IMG/VR virus record: IMGVR_UViG_3300035187_002895
Coordinates: 5,480-69,479 of that record
DNA length: 64,000 bases
Source: a virus
Strand: one strand, 5' to 3'
The notes under the pieces are model-generated. The model was not told the DNA's origin. It was given only the letters and a program-made list of their open reading frames with translations, and did not search any database. The position numbers were made by a program, and so were the translations under genes. Shown in pieces: positions 20,315 to 29,800 of this stretch. Within the stretch, counting starts at the first letter, position 1. Every line of letters begins with the position of its first letter.

Positions 20315-23300
20315 TTATTTTTCGCCCACCATCTTTTGGTATTCCCTAAACCAATATTGTTTTTGGGCCGCCAACTTCCAATCAATCTCTTTGTTTATGG
20401 AACTCATAATTTCAATAAGAGACTTCAACTCGTTATACTGAACATTGTAATCATTCCGTATCCTGTCAAGTAGGTCTGTTGTTAAATTGTTTACGGAGGC
20501 AGAAGATACATTTTTGCCCGTCTTGATTCTTTCAAAAAGCATAGGGGTATCTTCTTTCTTGATACCAAATCGTTGGGCAACATTGTCGGCCCTTGCCTCC
20601 CTGAAAATTTCAATGGCTTTATCTTTTTTGTCCGTTCCTACTGTAGCCTTTTCAAAAGCCTTTTTGGCCATTTCGGTATCCCCTTCCTTTGCATAACTCT
20701 TGAAGGCTTTTTCCCATGCCAACTTTTTTGCATCAGGGGTCATTATGTTTCGTATCTGCCTTTTTTGGGATTGCTCCTCCATTAGCTGATCCCGTGAAAC
20801 GCCCCATCCCAAGATGGCCAAAGCAGTAACGAAAGTTCCCCAAAAGCCCCCTTGCTCTTCATAGGATTCTTTGGTCGCTTTTACGGTGAGGTTTGATAGT
20901 GCATCTTTCGCCTCTTCCCGTAGGTCCACTTCTTGCCCCGTTCCGTACAAAGTACGAATATACCAAGGCTGTCCCTTCACCCTACGGCTTCCAAGGAAAG
21001 TGTAAATCAATCTTGTAGTAGGCAATAGTTTCCCTTCGGTCATTCGTCCTATAAGTCCCAAAGGAGAGGGAACATTGTCCTGTCCAAGGTGCTTTTCAAT
21101 TCCTGTTTCTGTGGATACATATCCCTTTTTGTTAAAGAATAGTTCAGAATAAATTCTGGCTTGCAAAACAATGTGTTGGGTTAGCCCACTAAATGGTTCT
21201 ATGGTTTGTGAACCCATTCGTATTTTCATCCAGTCTGACCTTCTTGGGTCGTCAATGTTCACTGAGGTAACCCCTTCTTTTTTCTTTTCCTCTTCATCCA
21301 ATTCGTCATTGTCCCATCCCCCTAAAAGTTTGGTTAAAAGGACCACCACCATTGTTGAAACCAAAGCTTTTGCATAGGTTTTGATTGCCACCTTTTGAAT
21401 TGGGGACAAAGCAAAATAAGAATCGGCTCCTACACCTCTTCGGCCCAAATGATAAAAAAGAATTGGCGTGGTAAGTTTCAAAAGAGAGGCCCAGTTCCTT
21501 GCTGAAAAGAATGTGAAACTCATTGCTGCCCTAAAGGTCTTATTTTTTTCCAATCCGCTCATAGAAGTGCGCCTTGAAAATGTATTTGTTATATCGGCAA
21601 TATTTTTAAAAACTTTTTTGTCGTTCTTATAAGTAAGCCCTTTCATTTCAGCAATGTTAGCCGCAGCATTAAACATGGCAAATTGCAGGGTATTCATATA
21701 TGCCGCCTGAGTTCTTTCCAAAGCACTAAAAGGATTTAGTTTTTGCCAGTATTTCAATAGGGTTTGCCCTTTGGGCCCCATCATTTTTACCAAAAACTTT
21801 CCTAATGAATCAAATGCCGTACTTGCAGAGGCAATGGCTGCCAAATCGTCTTTTAGGGCTATTGTATCATTTCTGTTATAGAAATCCAATCCCGATTCTC
21901 TTGCAAGTTGATAGCGTGGGTTATTTTTTATTTCGGCTTGAATCTTTGCATAATTTGATTCTGAAACCATAGCCTTTACGGCTTTACTAATGGCTTCTCC
22001 TGTTGCTTTAAAATCTTGAAAAGCCAACAAAAACCCTTGGATTCCGGTTACTCCCAAGTCAAACCCAACATTGAACCATCGAACCAATCCATAAATGTTC
22101 AGGAACTCATCAACAAAACTACCATTCACCCGTTTGTCTTCCTCCCTGACCATATCATTCCATTCTTCATCCAGTTTGAATTTCTCAAACTCAATGTCCT
22201 TTGCTTCTTGGTCAAAATCAACAGGGGGTCTCCTTTCCTTTTTGCTGAAGTCCTTGTTTGTAATCTTCTTCTTAAGTTCATCTATACGCTTTTTGGCCCG
22301 TTCTTTATAGGCTTTCAAGCGTTCAGGGTCGGACATTTGTTGCTTAGTATGGCCAAACAAGTCCTTGTGGATTTGGTTTATCTGGTTTAATACCAACTTA
22401 GCCCTGTCGGAAAGTTGTTTCTTTCTAACAGGATCCTTTTCCTTTTTTATTCCATTTTGTAAGTCCTCCAGTTCGCTTTGAAGTTTGCCTTCTGTTTTAA
22501 GGGTATTTATTGTATCCTGAATTTCAGAGCGGGTTTTGGGCTTTACTTTCTTGGCATATCCCGTTATGGCATCCCTTATGGCCCTTGTGGTAAGGGAAGG
22601 GTTATCCTCTTTAAGCGTTTCAAGAATGGCCTCGGCAATTGCGTCTATGTCCGTCATGCCCTCGCTTACATAGTAACGAATCAGGGAGTGAGGAACGAAA
22701 ACATTTCCCTCCACCACTTCTGCCATTCCTTCTTTGGTTTCAAGAATTTCGGCATGGTAATCAACAAATTGCCCTTCGGCCTTTGCTTGTTGAGCCTTAG
22801 AAAGCCCCTTGTACCATTGGGAATCTTTTATGATTTGTACGCCTTTCTTTATGGCTATTTCAACCGATCCGCCAGCTTCCAATACTTTGGCCACCCCTTC
22901 TACGGCTGCATCCCAAACCAAAGAGGGAGGGGTTGCAGCAGCAAACATTCCGGGCTTTTGCTTAACCAGTTTTAGTTTCCGTACCTGTTCGGCAAGTTTT
23001 TTCAGGACAGAAGAGGAAAGCTTTCTTTGCGTTTTGGATTCTTCGTCAATAGATTCTGCAATGTCGGAAACGGCCTGAGATTGTTCGTATTCTTTCTGTT
23101 TGGCTTCAAGGTCAAGAAGTTTCTTTTCAAGTTCCTTGTATTTGGCTTCGGCATCTCTAAGTTTTTGGTCCATTTCCTCCGACATAGGGGAATTGGGAAA
23201 AACGGCTTGCCATTGCTTTTTCCTTGCGACATAGGAATAAGGAACCATAGTGTCTGCCATTATTTGCCTCCAGACAACCAATCGGATACCTGCACCGGAT

Positions 23301-26300
23301 ATGAGCCTGTATGCCTTTTCCTGTAATTCGGCAAGCCTTTTTATATCAAAAGAGTTTTGGGCAGCATCTTCAGACTTTTCAATCCTGTTTTGCAGATATT
23401 CCCCAAGGGCTTTAAATATCCCCAAACGGAGGTCTTCCCCAAGATACAGGCCGTCTCCTTCAAAGGTCTTGGAAAGGTCTTGGAACACCTCGTATGCCCC
23501 GTCAAATCCCAGTTTCTCCAGTAACTGTTCTCCTTTCTTAAACGCTTCTTTAATGTTTACTACGGGACGGAAAAGGCCCAGTTCCTCAATAACCTTTGCC
23601 ACCTTTTGGGAAGTGGTGGCGGTATAGCTACGACCAAGGACGGCCTTAATCACCTCCCCTTCCCCGCCTTGGGGTTGTGGTGTGGTGGGCGGAACGGGCG
23701 GGGTGGGCGGAACGGGCGGGGCCTGTTTGTTTCCTGTTTCCGCTACGGCATCATTGTAGAACTTCTCCCATTTTTCTCTATCCTTATCAACATTTTCAAA
23801 TTTCGTTTTTCCAAGGTCCTTTATGAATTGTTCAAAAGAATAAACTCCTGTTGCGAGTTTGGTTTTAATGTATTTGGCAACAGCCCTGAACAGTTCAATG
23901 TCGGCAGCGGCTCCACTTTCCCAATTGGGAATGATTCCTATCCTTCGGTTTGCCGCTTTCCATTTGTCAAGGGCGGTCTTTAGTTCCTGTTCGGGGGAGA
24001 GTTTCGTTCCAAACAAGGGAAGTCCCTTCTCTACGCTCTCCCGCATTTCGGGAGTGATGTCTATGGAGTATTGAGTGGTGATTTTTGGTTGTACTAAATC
24101 TGCGCCAGAAAAACCTTTTAAAAAGCCATTAATGGCACTTTGCTCTGTATTGTCGGAGTATGCAGCAATTCCATTGCTATTAACAACAACATATTCTTTA
24201 GTCCATTCGCTTGCACCCTTGTATTCTGATTTCCTAATTACTTTATATCCTTGGCCTTTTGCATTTTCCCAATTCCTAACCGTTTCTTTTCCTGCATTAA
24301 TCTCCACCGTTCCCGGCTCTTGCCTAAACAGGCTCTTTGCTACATTACCTACTATGCCTAAACTGCCTTCTGCTGGCGAGCCGTAAAAGCCTTTCATGCC
24401 TTTGCCGCCTACTTTTAGGTTTTGCCCTTCAAGTCTTTTTATGCTTTCATATTTCGGGTTTCTTTTATACCAATTAAAGGCTTCATTATACGTATCAAAG
24501 TTTGACTTTAAAGTTTTATTGTTTATTATAACATCATACTTGTCGGTAAAGTTATCCTTCATTATCAAGGGAGAGATTTCAGCTAAATTCCCTTCGTTAT
24601 TTATAATTCTATTAGCAACATCCTTCCCAACATAGTCTTGCAGTTTACTTTCTTCTATTGTTTCCGAAAATGAATTTACACCTTGATTAAAGTGCAAGAA
24701 ATACCTACCATCGGATTTCTTCTCATAGTCAATGCTGCTTACCTGTTTACTCAAATCATACCTATCATTCTGTTGTTCACCTGTTGTCCATGCAATCTTA
24801 TCAGCACCTTGCTTAACCGCCTCCCGAAGGGCCACTTTTAAGCCAAGTTTAGTCCATGCGTTTGTGTTAGTTACGAAGGGGGCTGCTGGAGTTCTACTTG
24901 CACTATAAATAGGAGTGACGTCTTGTCCTTCAGAAACTAATTCATTAGCTTCCTCTTTTGTATTAAACCTCCCCTTTACCCTACCACCTTCCGTAACCTG
25001 ATAGCCAACTATTTTTTTATCAGAATCAAACCCTTCCTTCTTCCCTTTCTGCCCCCAGTCGCTCTGCACTTCCTCCAAGAACAGCACCTTGTTGCCATTG
25101 GCATCCGTGCGGGTGTTCATTCGGAGGTGAACGAGGATGTTTGGTTCGTCATAGTGAGAGGACTGGAAATCAGTAGCCATTGATTTCGTAGCGCTTTCAT
25201 TATACTTATCTGCCGCTTCAAAAGAACTCCACTTTTTACTTGTTAGTGTGCCGTCTGTTTTTCTTATGCTGAATGTGCCATCTTCGTTTTGCTCAACTGT
25301 TCCTTTACCAACTTTACTCGGCAACGTCACCAACACCTCCTTGTAGTTCTCCTTATCGCCTTCAAGTTGATATTGTTCAAACTTCGGAATACCGCCCTTT
25401 TTAGCATTGATACTATTTCTGTATTTATTGCCTATTTTTATTAACTTCTTATCTGTTATATTGTATTTTTCTACCCAATTTTCATTATTTACGATGGCTT
25501 CTTTTGCGTCAAAAACACTTGCCATTCCTAAATAATCGTAATCATCCATTAGGGTGTCAGTCAGGTAGTTTTCTTCGTCTGCACTTATCATTTTGGCTTC
25601 TGCCATATCTTTCACCACCACACTAATCTCCACACGATTGTCCTTCATCCAATCACGGAGTTCCTTCTTAGAAACTTGCTCGCTCGGCTTCTTGCTTTCC
25701 AAAAAGCCCCTCACGCCCGTCCATACATCCTCGTCCTCCTTGCTCTTCAAACGTTTCGCCCATGTGGCAGCAGGAAGTTTGTCCTCCTTGCTGTCAAGGA
25801 TTTTCTGCTCCAATTCGGAATACCATCCGTTTATCACCTCAGCAGTTTCCTTGCTGTCATCCCTCACCACTTCCACTTCACGGCCATTAGGCAGCGTAAC
25901 GGAATAAGTGTCGTTCATGTACTTCCCGAACGCTCCCTTGTTCCACTTTGCCCCTGCCATCTTCTCATCTATCCACTTTATTGTGTTGGCAATGGCCTTC
26001 CCAAGTTTCGTTCCTTTCTCTACTTGTGAAGCCATGAAGTCCAACGCTTCATTGTAAATGGTGACGGATATTCCAAAGTCAATGGCAGAGAGGGGTCCAT
26101 TCTGCTTCTTGTTTCGTATTCTGTTGGCTATGTCGGCATTTGTGTTGCCGGGCATTGCGGAAGGTTCCGTCCCCTTCGGCATGGCCACTTCCTTGCCCTC
26201 CTTTGCCCCACTCCACAAGTCGGGGTTCTCCATCAGGAACTGACGGACCTGGTCGTAGGACATTGTTTCTCCCGTGTCCTTCAAGGTGAACACACGGGAC

Positions 26301-26326
26301 TGCGGAACGCAAGGAAGTTTAGCCAT
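20315..26326 (-). CDS. Giant polyvalent (likely virion-delivered) protein
   Basis: 2003 aa; SSHYDEPNILVHLRM...LFLEEVQSDWGQ domain recurrent in phage large polyvalent proteins, long helical regions, hydrophobic C-terminal segments. Confidence 0.7.
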   Translation of the reverse strand: MAKLPCVPQSRVFTLKDTGETMSYDQVRQFLMENPDLWSGAKEGKEVAMPKGTEPSAMPGNTNADIANRIRNKKQNGPLSAIDFGISVTIYNEALDFMASQVEKGTKLGKAIANTIKWIDEKMAGAKWNKGAFGKYMNDTYSVTLPNGREVEVVRDDSKETAEVINGWYSELEQKILDSKEDKLPAATWAKRLKSKEDEDVWTGVRGFLESKKPSEQVSKKELRDWMKDNRVEISVVVKDMAEAKMISADEENYLTDTLMDDYDYLGMASVFDAKEAIVNNENWVEKYNITDKKLIKIGNKYRNSINAKKGGIPKFEQYQLEGDKENYKEVLVTLPSKVGKGTVEQNEDGTFSIRKTDGTLTSKKWSSFEAADKYNESATKSMATDFQSSHYDEPNILVHLRMNTRTDANGNKVLFLEEVQSDWGQKGKKEGFDSDKKIVGYQVTEGGRVKGRFNTKEEANELVSEGQDVTPIYSASRTPAAPFVTNTNAWTKLGLKVALREAVKQGADKIAWTTGEQQNDRYDLSKQVSSIDYEKKSDGRYFLHFNQGVNSFSETIEESKLQDYVGKDVANRIINNEGNLAEISPLIMKDNFTDKYDVIINNKTLKSNFDTYNEAFNWYKRNPKYESIKRLEGQNLKVGGKGMKGFYGSPAEGSLGIVGNVAKSLFRQEPGTVEINAGKETVRNWENAKGQGYKVIRKSEYKGASEWTKEYVVVNSNGIAAYSDNTEQSAINGFLKGFSGADLVQPKITTQYSIDITPEMRESVEKGLPLFGTKLSPEQELKTALDKWKAANRRIGIIPNWESGAAADIELFRAVAKYIKTKLATGVYSFEQFIKDLGKTKFENVDKDREKWEKFYNDAVAETGNKQAPPVPPTPPVPPTTPQPQGGEGEVIKAVLGRSYTATTSQKVAKVIEELGLFRPVVNIKEAFKKGEQLLEKLGFDGAYEVFQDLSKTFEGDGLYLGEDLRLGIFKALGEYLQNRIEKSEDAAQNSFDIKRLAELQEKAYRLISGAGIRLVVWRQIMADTMVPYSYVARKKQWQAVFPNSPMSEEMDQKLRDAEAKYKELEKKLLDLEAKQKEYEQSQAVSDIAESIDEESKTQRKLSSSVLKKLAEQVRKLKLVKQKPGMFAAATPPSLVWDAAVEGVAKVLEAGGSVEIAIKKGVQIIKDSQWYKGLSKAQQAKAEGQFVDYHAEILETKEGMAEVVEGNVFVPHSLIRYYVSEGMTDIDAIAEAILETLKEDNPSLTTRAIRDAITGYAKKVKPKTRSEIQDTINTLKTEGKLQSELEDLQNGIKKEKDPVRKKQLSDRAKLVLNQINQIHKDLFGHTKQQMSDPERLKAYKERAKKRIDELKKKITNKDFSKKERRPPVDFDQEAKDIEFEKFKLDEEWNDMVREEDKRVNGSFVDEFLNIYGLVRWFNVGFDLGVTGIQGFLLAFQDFKATGEAISKAVKAMVSESNYAKIQAEIKNNPRYQLARESGLDFYNRNDTIALKDDLAAIASASTAFDSLGKFLVKMMGPKGQTLLKYWQKLNPFSALERTQAAYMNTLQFAMFNAAANIAEMKGLTYKNDKKVFKNIADITNTFSRRTSMSGLEKNKTFRAAMSFTFFSARNWASLLKLTTPILFYHLGRRGVGADSYFALSPIQKVAIKTYAKALVSTMVVVLLTKLLGGWDNDELDEEEKKKEGVTSVNIDDPRRSDWMKIRMGSQTIEPFSGLTQHIVLQARIYSELFFNKKGYVSTETGIEKHLGQDNVPSPLGLIGRMTEGKLLPTTRLIYTFLGSRRVKGQPWYIRTLYGTGQEVDLREEAKDALSNLTVKATKESYEEQGGFWGTFVTALAILGWGVSRDQLMEEQSQKRQIRNIMTPDAKKLAWEKAFKSYAKEGDTEMAKKAFEKATVGTDKKDKAIEIFREARADNVAQRFGIKKEDTPMLFERIKTGKNVSSASVNNLTTDLLDRIRNDYNVQYNELKSLIEIMSSINKEIDWKLAAQKQYWFREYQKMVGEK

Positions 26327-26328
26327 TT

Positions 26329-26820
26329 CTATTTGTTACCTAATTCTTGGTCAAAGATAAGAAGCCCACCCGGACATTCCGAAACAAGGGCCAAACGGGC
26401 CAATAGGTCCCCGTATTCCCCCACAGCCTTCGTCTGTATCTTCACAAACTTGTGAACCCTCACCTGAACGGACGCATCCTTTGTGGCGAAATAGAAATCA
26501 GAATAGAAGTCCTTCAGGTCCTTTTCCAAATCGAAAGCCTCCTGAAGGATTCCCATCAGGTCAATCCCTTCCTTGAAGTCCACTTCGTCTATCTTGGGCA
26601 TATCGGCCTCGTCCATCATGTCGTTGAAGAAGTCCCGTAACTTGTAGTAGTGGGCCTGTTCGTCAGCCGATTCCTTCTCGAAGAACTTTTGCGCTCCGAA
26701 AAGGCCCTGTTTCTGGCAGCAGGAGGCGGCATACTTGTAAAAGTTGGAAGCGTAAAGTTCGTGTCCTACGGCTTCGTTCAGCAGCTTTCTGTCGCTGGCT
26801 TTTAATAGTGATTCTTTCAT
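26329..26820 (-). CDS. Ferritin-like protein
   Basis: ELYASNFY...GLFGAQKFFEKESADEQAH...LEK matches the non-heme ferritin ferroxidase pattern (E, Y, ExxH, E). Start MKESLL coupled to the upstream stop (TGATG). Confidence 0.8.
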   Translation of the reverse strand: MKESLLKASDRKLLNEAVGHELYASNFYKYAASCCQKQGLFGAQKFFEKESADEQAHYYKLRDFFNDMMDEADMPKIDEVDFKEGIDLMGILQEAFDLEKDLKDFYSDFYFATKDASVQVRVHKFVKIQTKAVGEYGDLLARLALVSECPGGLLIFDQELGNK

Positions 26821-29800
26821 CAGATACAATCTTGTTTTATTTTGTCGGACAGGTTGTCCATTATGTCTTCAAAGTTTTGGGTGATGTTCTGCATCCGTTC
26901 AAAGGCCCCGTTTCCGTACTTGTTGTCAAAGGACTTCGTTTTGATTTTTGATGGCTTCTTTATGCCGTCAAATTCTGTGGAGGCGTTCCCTTCTTGTTTG
27001 GAGGTGAAGGAGGGTTGGGTGGTTGGTGCTAAAGATTTTAGTTCTGAAATTTGTTTAGTCTCAAAAGGAATGTACAAATCTATTGGCTTGCCTATTCCAC
27101 CCAATGGGTCTATTACATTTTTTATAATAAGCCCATCCGCTTTTTTATTTGTAAAAGAAAGATTGGTAAATATATCTGGACTCCTCAAGCCTCTTACCGT
27201 TTGAAGTATTTGACTTGTTGTAAGTTTTACTTTTTGAGGAGTCATTTGGTTGGTTTCAACCTCTATATCGTCCCATTTTTTACCCTTTGCATCAATTATT
27301 ATTGGCTCGCTTATTTTAACATTCACGGATTTTAGATAGCCATCTTTTGAGCCATATTTTTTCATATAGCCTTCTGCTGTCCCCTTGTCTGTGGTAAAGA
27401 AATATCCAAGTCCTTCATCCGAGAACTTTTCAAATTTCTTATCTGTGCCGTGATATAAAACTAAGGGCTCGCCTTTTTCATTAACAACTTTATTCCCTCC
27501 CTTAGCTGTAAAGTCTCCCTCCCCCCCCTTCGTTTCGGGGCCTTTGGGGGCGGGTTTCGTTCCCTCCCCTTCGGGTTTCGTTTCGGGGGCGGCTGGAGCG
27601 GGGGGGGTTACCTCTGCTTTTCCAAGGGGCGTTTGGGCTGTTCCTTTTTCGGACTTGCGACCTCCAATGCCCTCTTGAACTTCTCCCTTTGTGCCGGAGT
27701 CAGAAAGGCGTAGATTCTGTCTAACTTGTTCATAGTTCTTTATTTTTGTTTTTAAATTGTCTTCAATAATAACTCCTTTTGTTTGTTCCCCCCTAAAAAT
27801 ATCTGTTGTCCCAACACTATTGTTGTAGTTTTTTAGAAAGTCCTTAAACCCACCTTCAAGAGTTAGTGCTATCATTAACGCTTCTGGACTTGGCGGTTTT
27901 ACTCCTGAAAACCCAAGACTTAATTGGGATGCCATATCCACAGGAGACATTTTTGCTGATTTTGCTTTTGATAGATAATCTATCCCCTCTATAATATCGG
28001 GTATCAAACTATCATTTCCAAGTGCAGAGTTCCTTATAAGCGGGATAATAGATTTTAGAATGATATTTTTTACATTCCCCATTCCGGGATTGTCCAAAGT
28101 TCGTATTGTGTTTTCGTCCAGTGCCGCTCCCAATACCAATGTTTCCAGAAATGATACGCCTTCTTTTGTGGCCGTATTGTCTTCATTGAAATATCTTGGA
28201 AACTCATTTGAACCCAATATTCCCTCCTCTTGCAGAAGGGCTTTTATTTTGGTTATTTTTTTAGGGTCTGACGATACTTCACTTGGTTTTTCGGCCTCCT
28301 CATATATTTGGGCAAGTATGTTCTTAAATCTATCAGAGGCTCTTTTGCTTATTTCAACCGCTCTTTCTATTGGCCCCTTTTCCTTTTTTTCCTGTTTGTT
28401 AAAGAGAGCAAATGTTTCGGTGGTGTACGGAAGGGGTGTTTCCAGTTCAAATACCAACATAGGATTAGTAATGCCATCCAAAGCATTTTCAGGCAACCCA
28501 TACCGCTTTAATTTTCGTTTCAGTCCATCAAGATATTCCTTATCAGTCCCAAGTTTTGAAGCCAACTTTCGGCTCATGGTTCTATTGTTGCCATCCAAAA
28601 CGATACCATCTGTGGTTACCACAGGTGTTTGGTCTATTGCTCTTTCGTCAAGTGTTGTGGCTATTGACTGAACTTGTGCTTGGGCCTGAGTGTCTGTTTT
28701 GTAGTCTCTGTCGTTTGCTGTTTTCCCGTTTGGGTTTGTTGGGAATCCGGGAGTTTGAGAAAATGTTTCTTCATTATGGGAAGCAAGAACATCATTTGAA
28801 GATACAATTTTGTATGTTCCTTTTATTTTAGTTCCATCCCCAAGTGTCCGTGTGTCGGTGTCCCCTTCTGATTTTTTGTTTTTAGAATAGGCTGGGCTTC
28901 CGATTTTTTCTTTTGGTTTGTTAAATACAACAAGTTCTCCTTCTTGTATATCGGATGCTGGGAAATAAATAGAATCGTACCCTTCTTTCCGAAGAGCATC
29001 GGTTGTCATCTTGGATAACTTTGCAATCCCGCTATCAGAAAGGTCATCAACAGATAATTCTCCGTCTGGTATATCAAAGTTTTCAAAATCATTTTGGTCA
29101 AACTCGTTCCTGTTTTCATTCAGGATACCGTTTCGCAAACCAACCAATCCAAAGTCATCGGTAACAACATAGGGATTGCTAACCTTTACCTTTACGGAAA
29201 CGGCTGGTTTTTCTTCTGTTGCATACCTATTTGGTTCTGTGGCGTAATAAGTGCCTTCTGCTTGAGACTGGCCCATTCCAAGTCCTTCCACCCTTGTTAT
29301 ATCAAGGGAATCCAAGTGTTTGACAACTTGTTCTTTCGGGGTTTCGTTTGTTATGGTTCCCGCCCCTCCCGTTTCCCCCACAGGCTCCACCTCCGTAGCG
29401 GGGGCGGCAGGGGGCGTTTGTTCTTTAGATAGTAGGGATTCAATTTCTTTATCAGATAACCCTAATGCAACTAAATCTTTTTTTGCTGAATCCATTTCAG
29501 ATTGAGCATTTTTAATTGCATTGTTTTTCCTTTTTTGATTAATAGCATCTATACTTACATTATTGCCTTCTAATTCACCGCCAACAAAAACTTTTTTACC
29601 CCCTGCTGATTTATAATTTTTTGCTTCCCATTCTTCTTTTACCGCTTTAGCCTTGTTGTACTGGTCAACAAGTTTTAGTTTAGCTTCTTTGTATGTTTTT
29701 GCCCATCTTTTATCAAAAGAAGATTTTTGGTATTCATCTTCTCTTATATCATCTATTACTTTTTGTTTTTGTTCAGGTGTTTCTGCGGCTTGCTCTGCAA

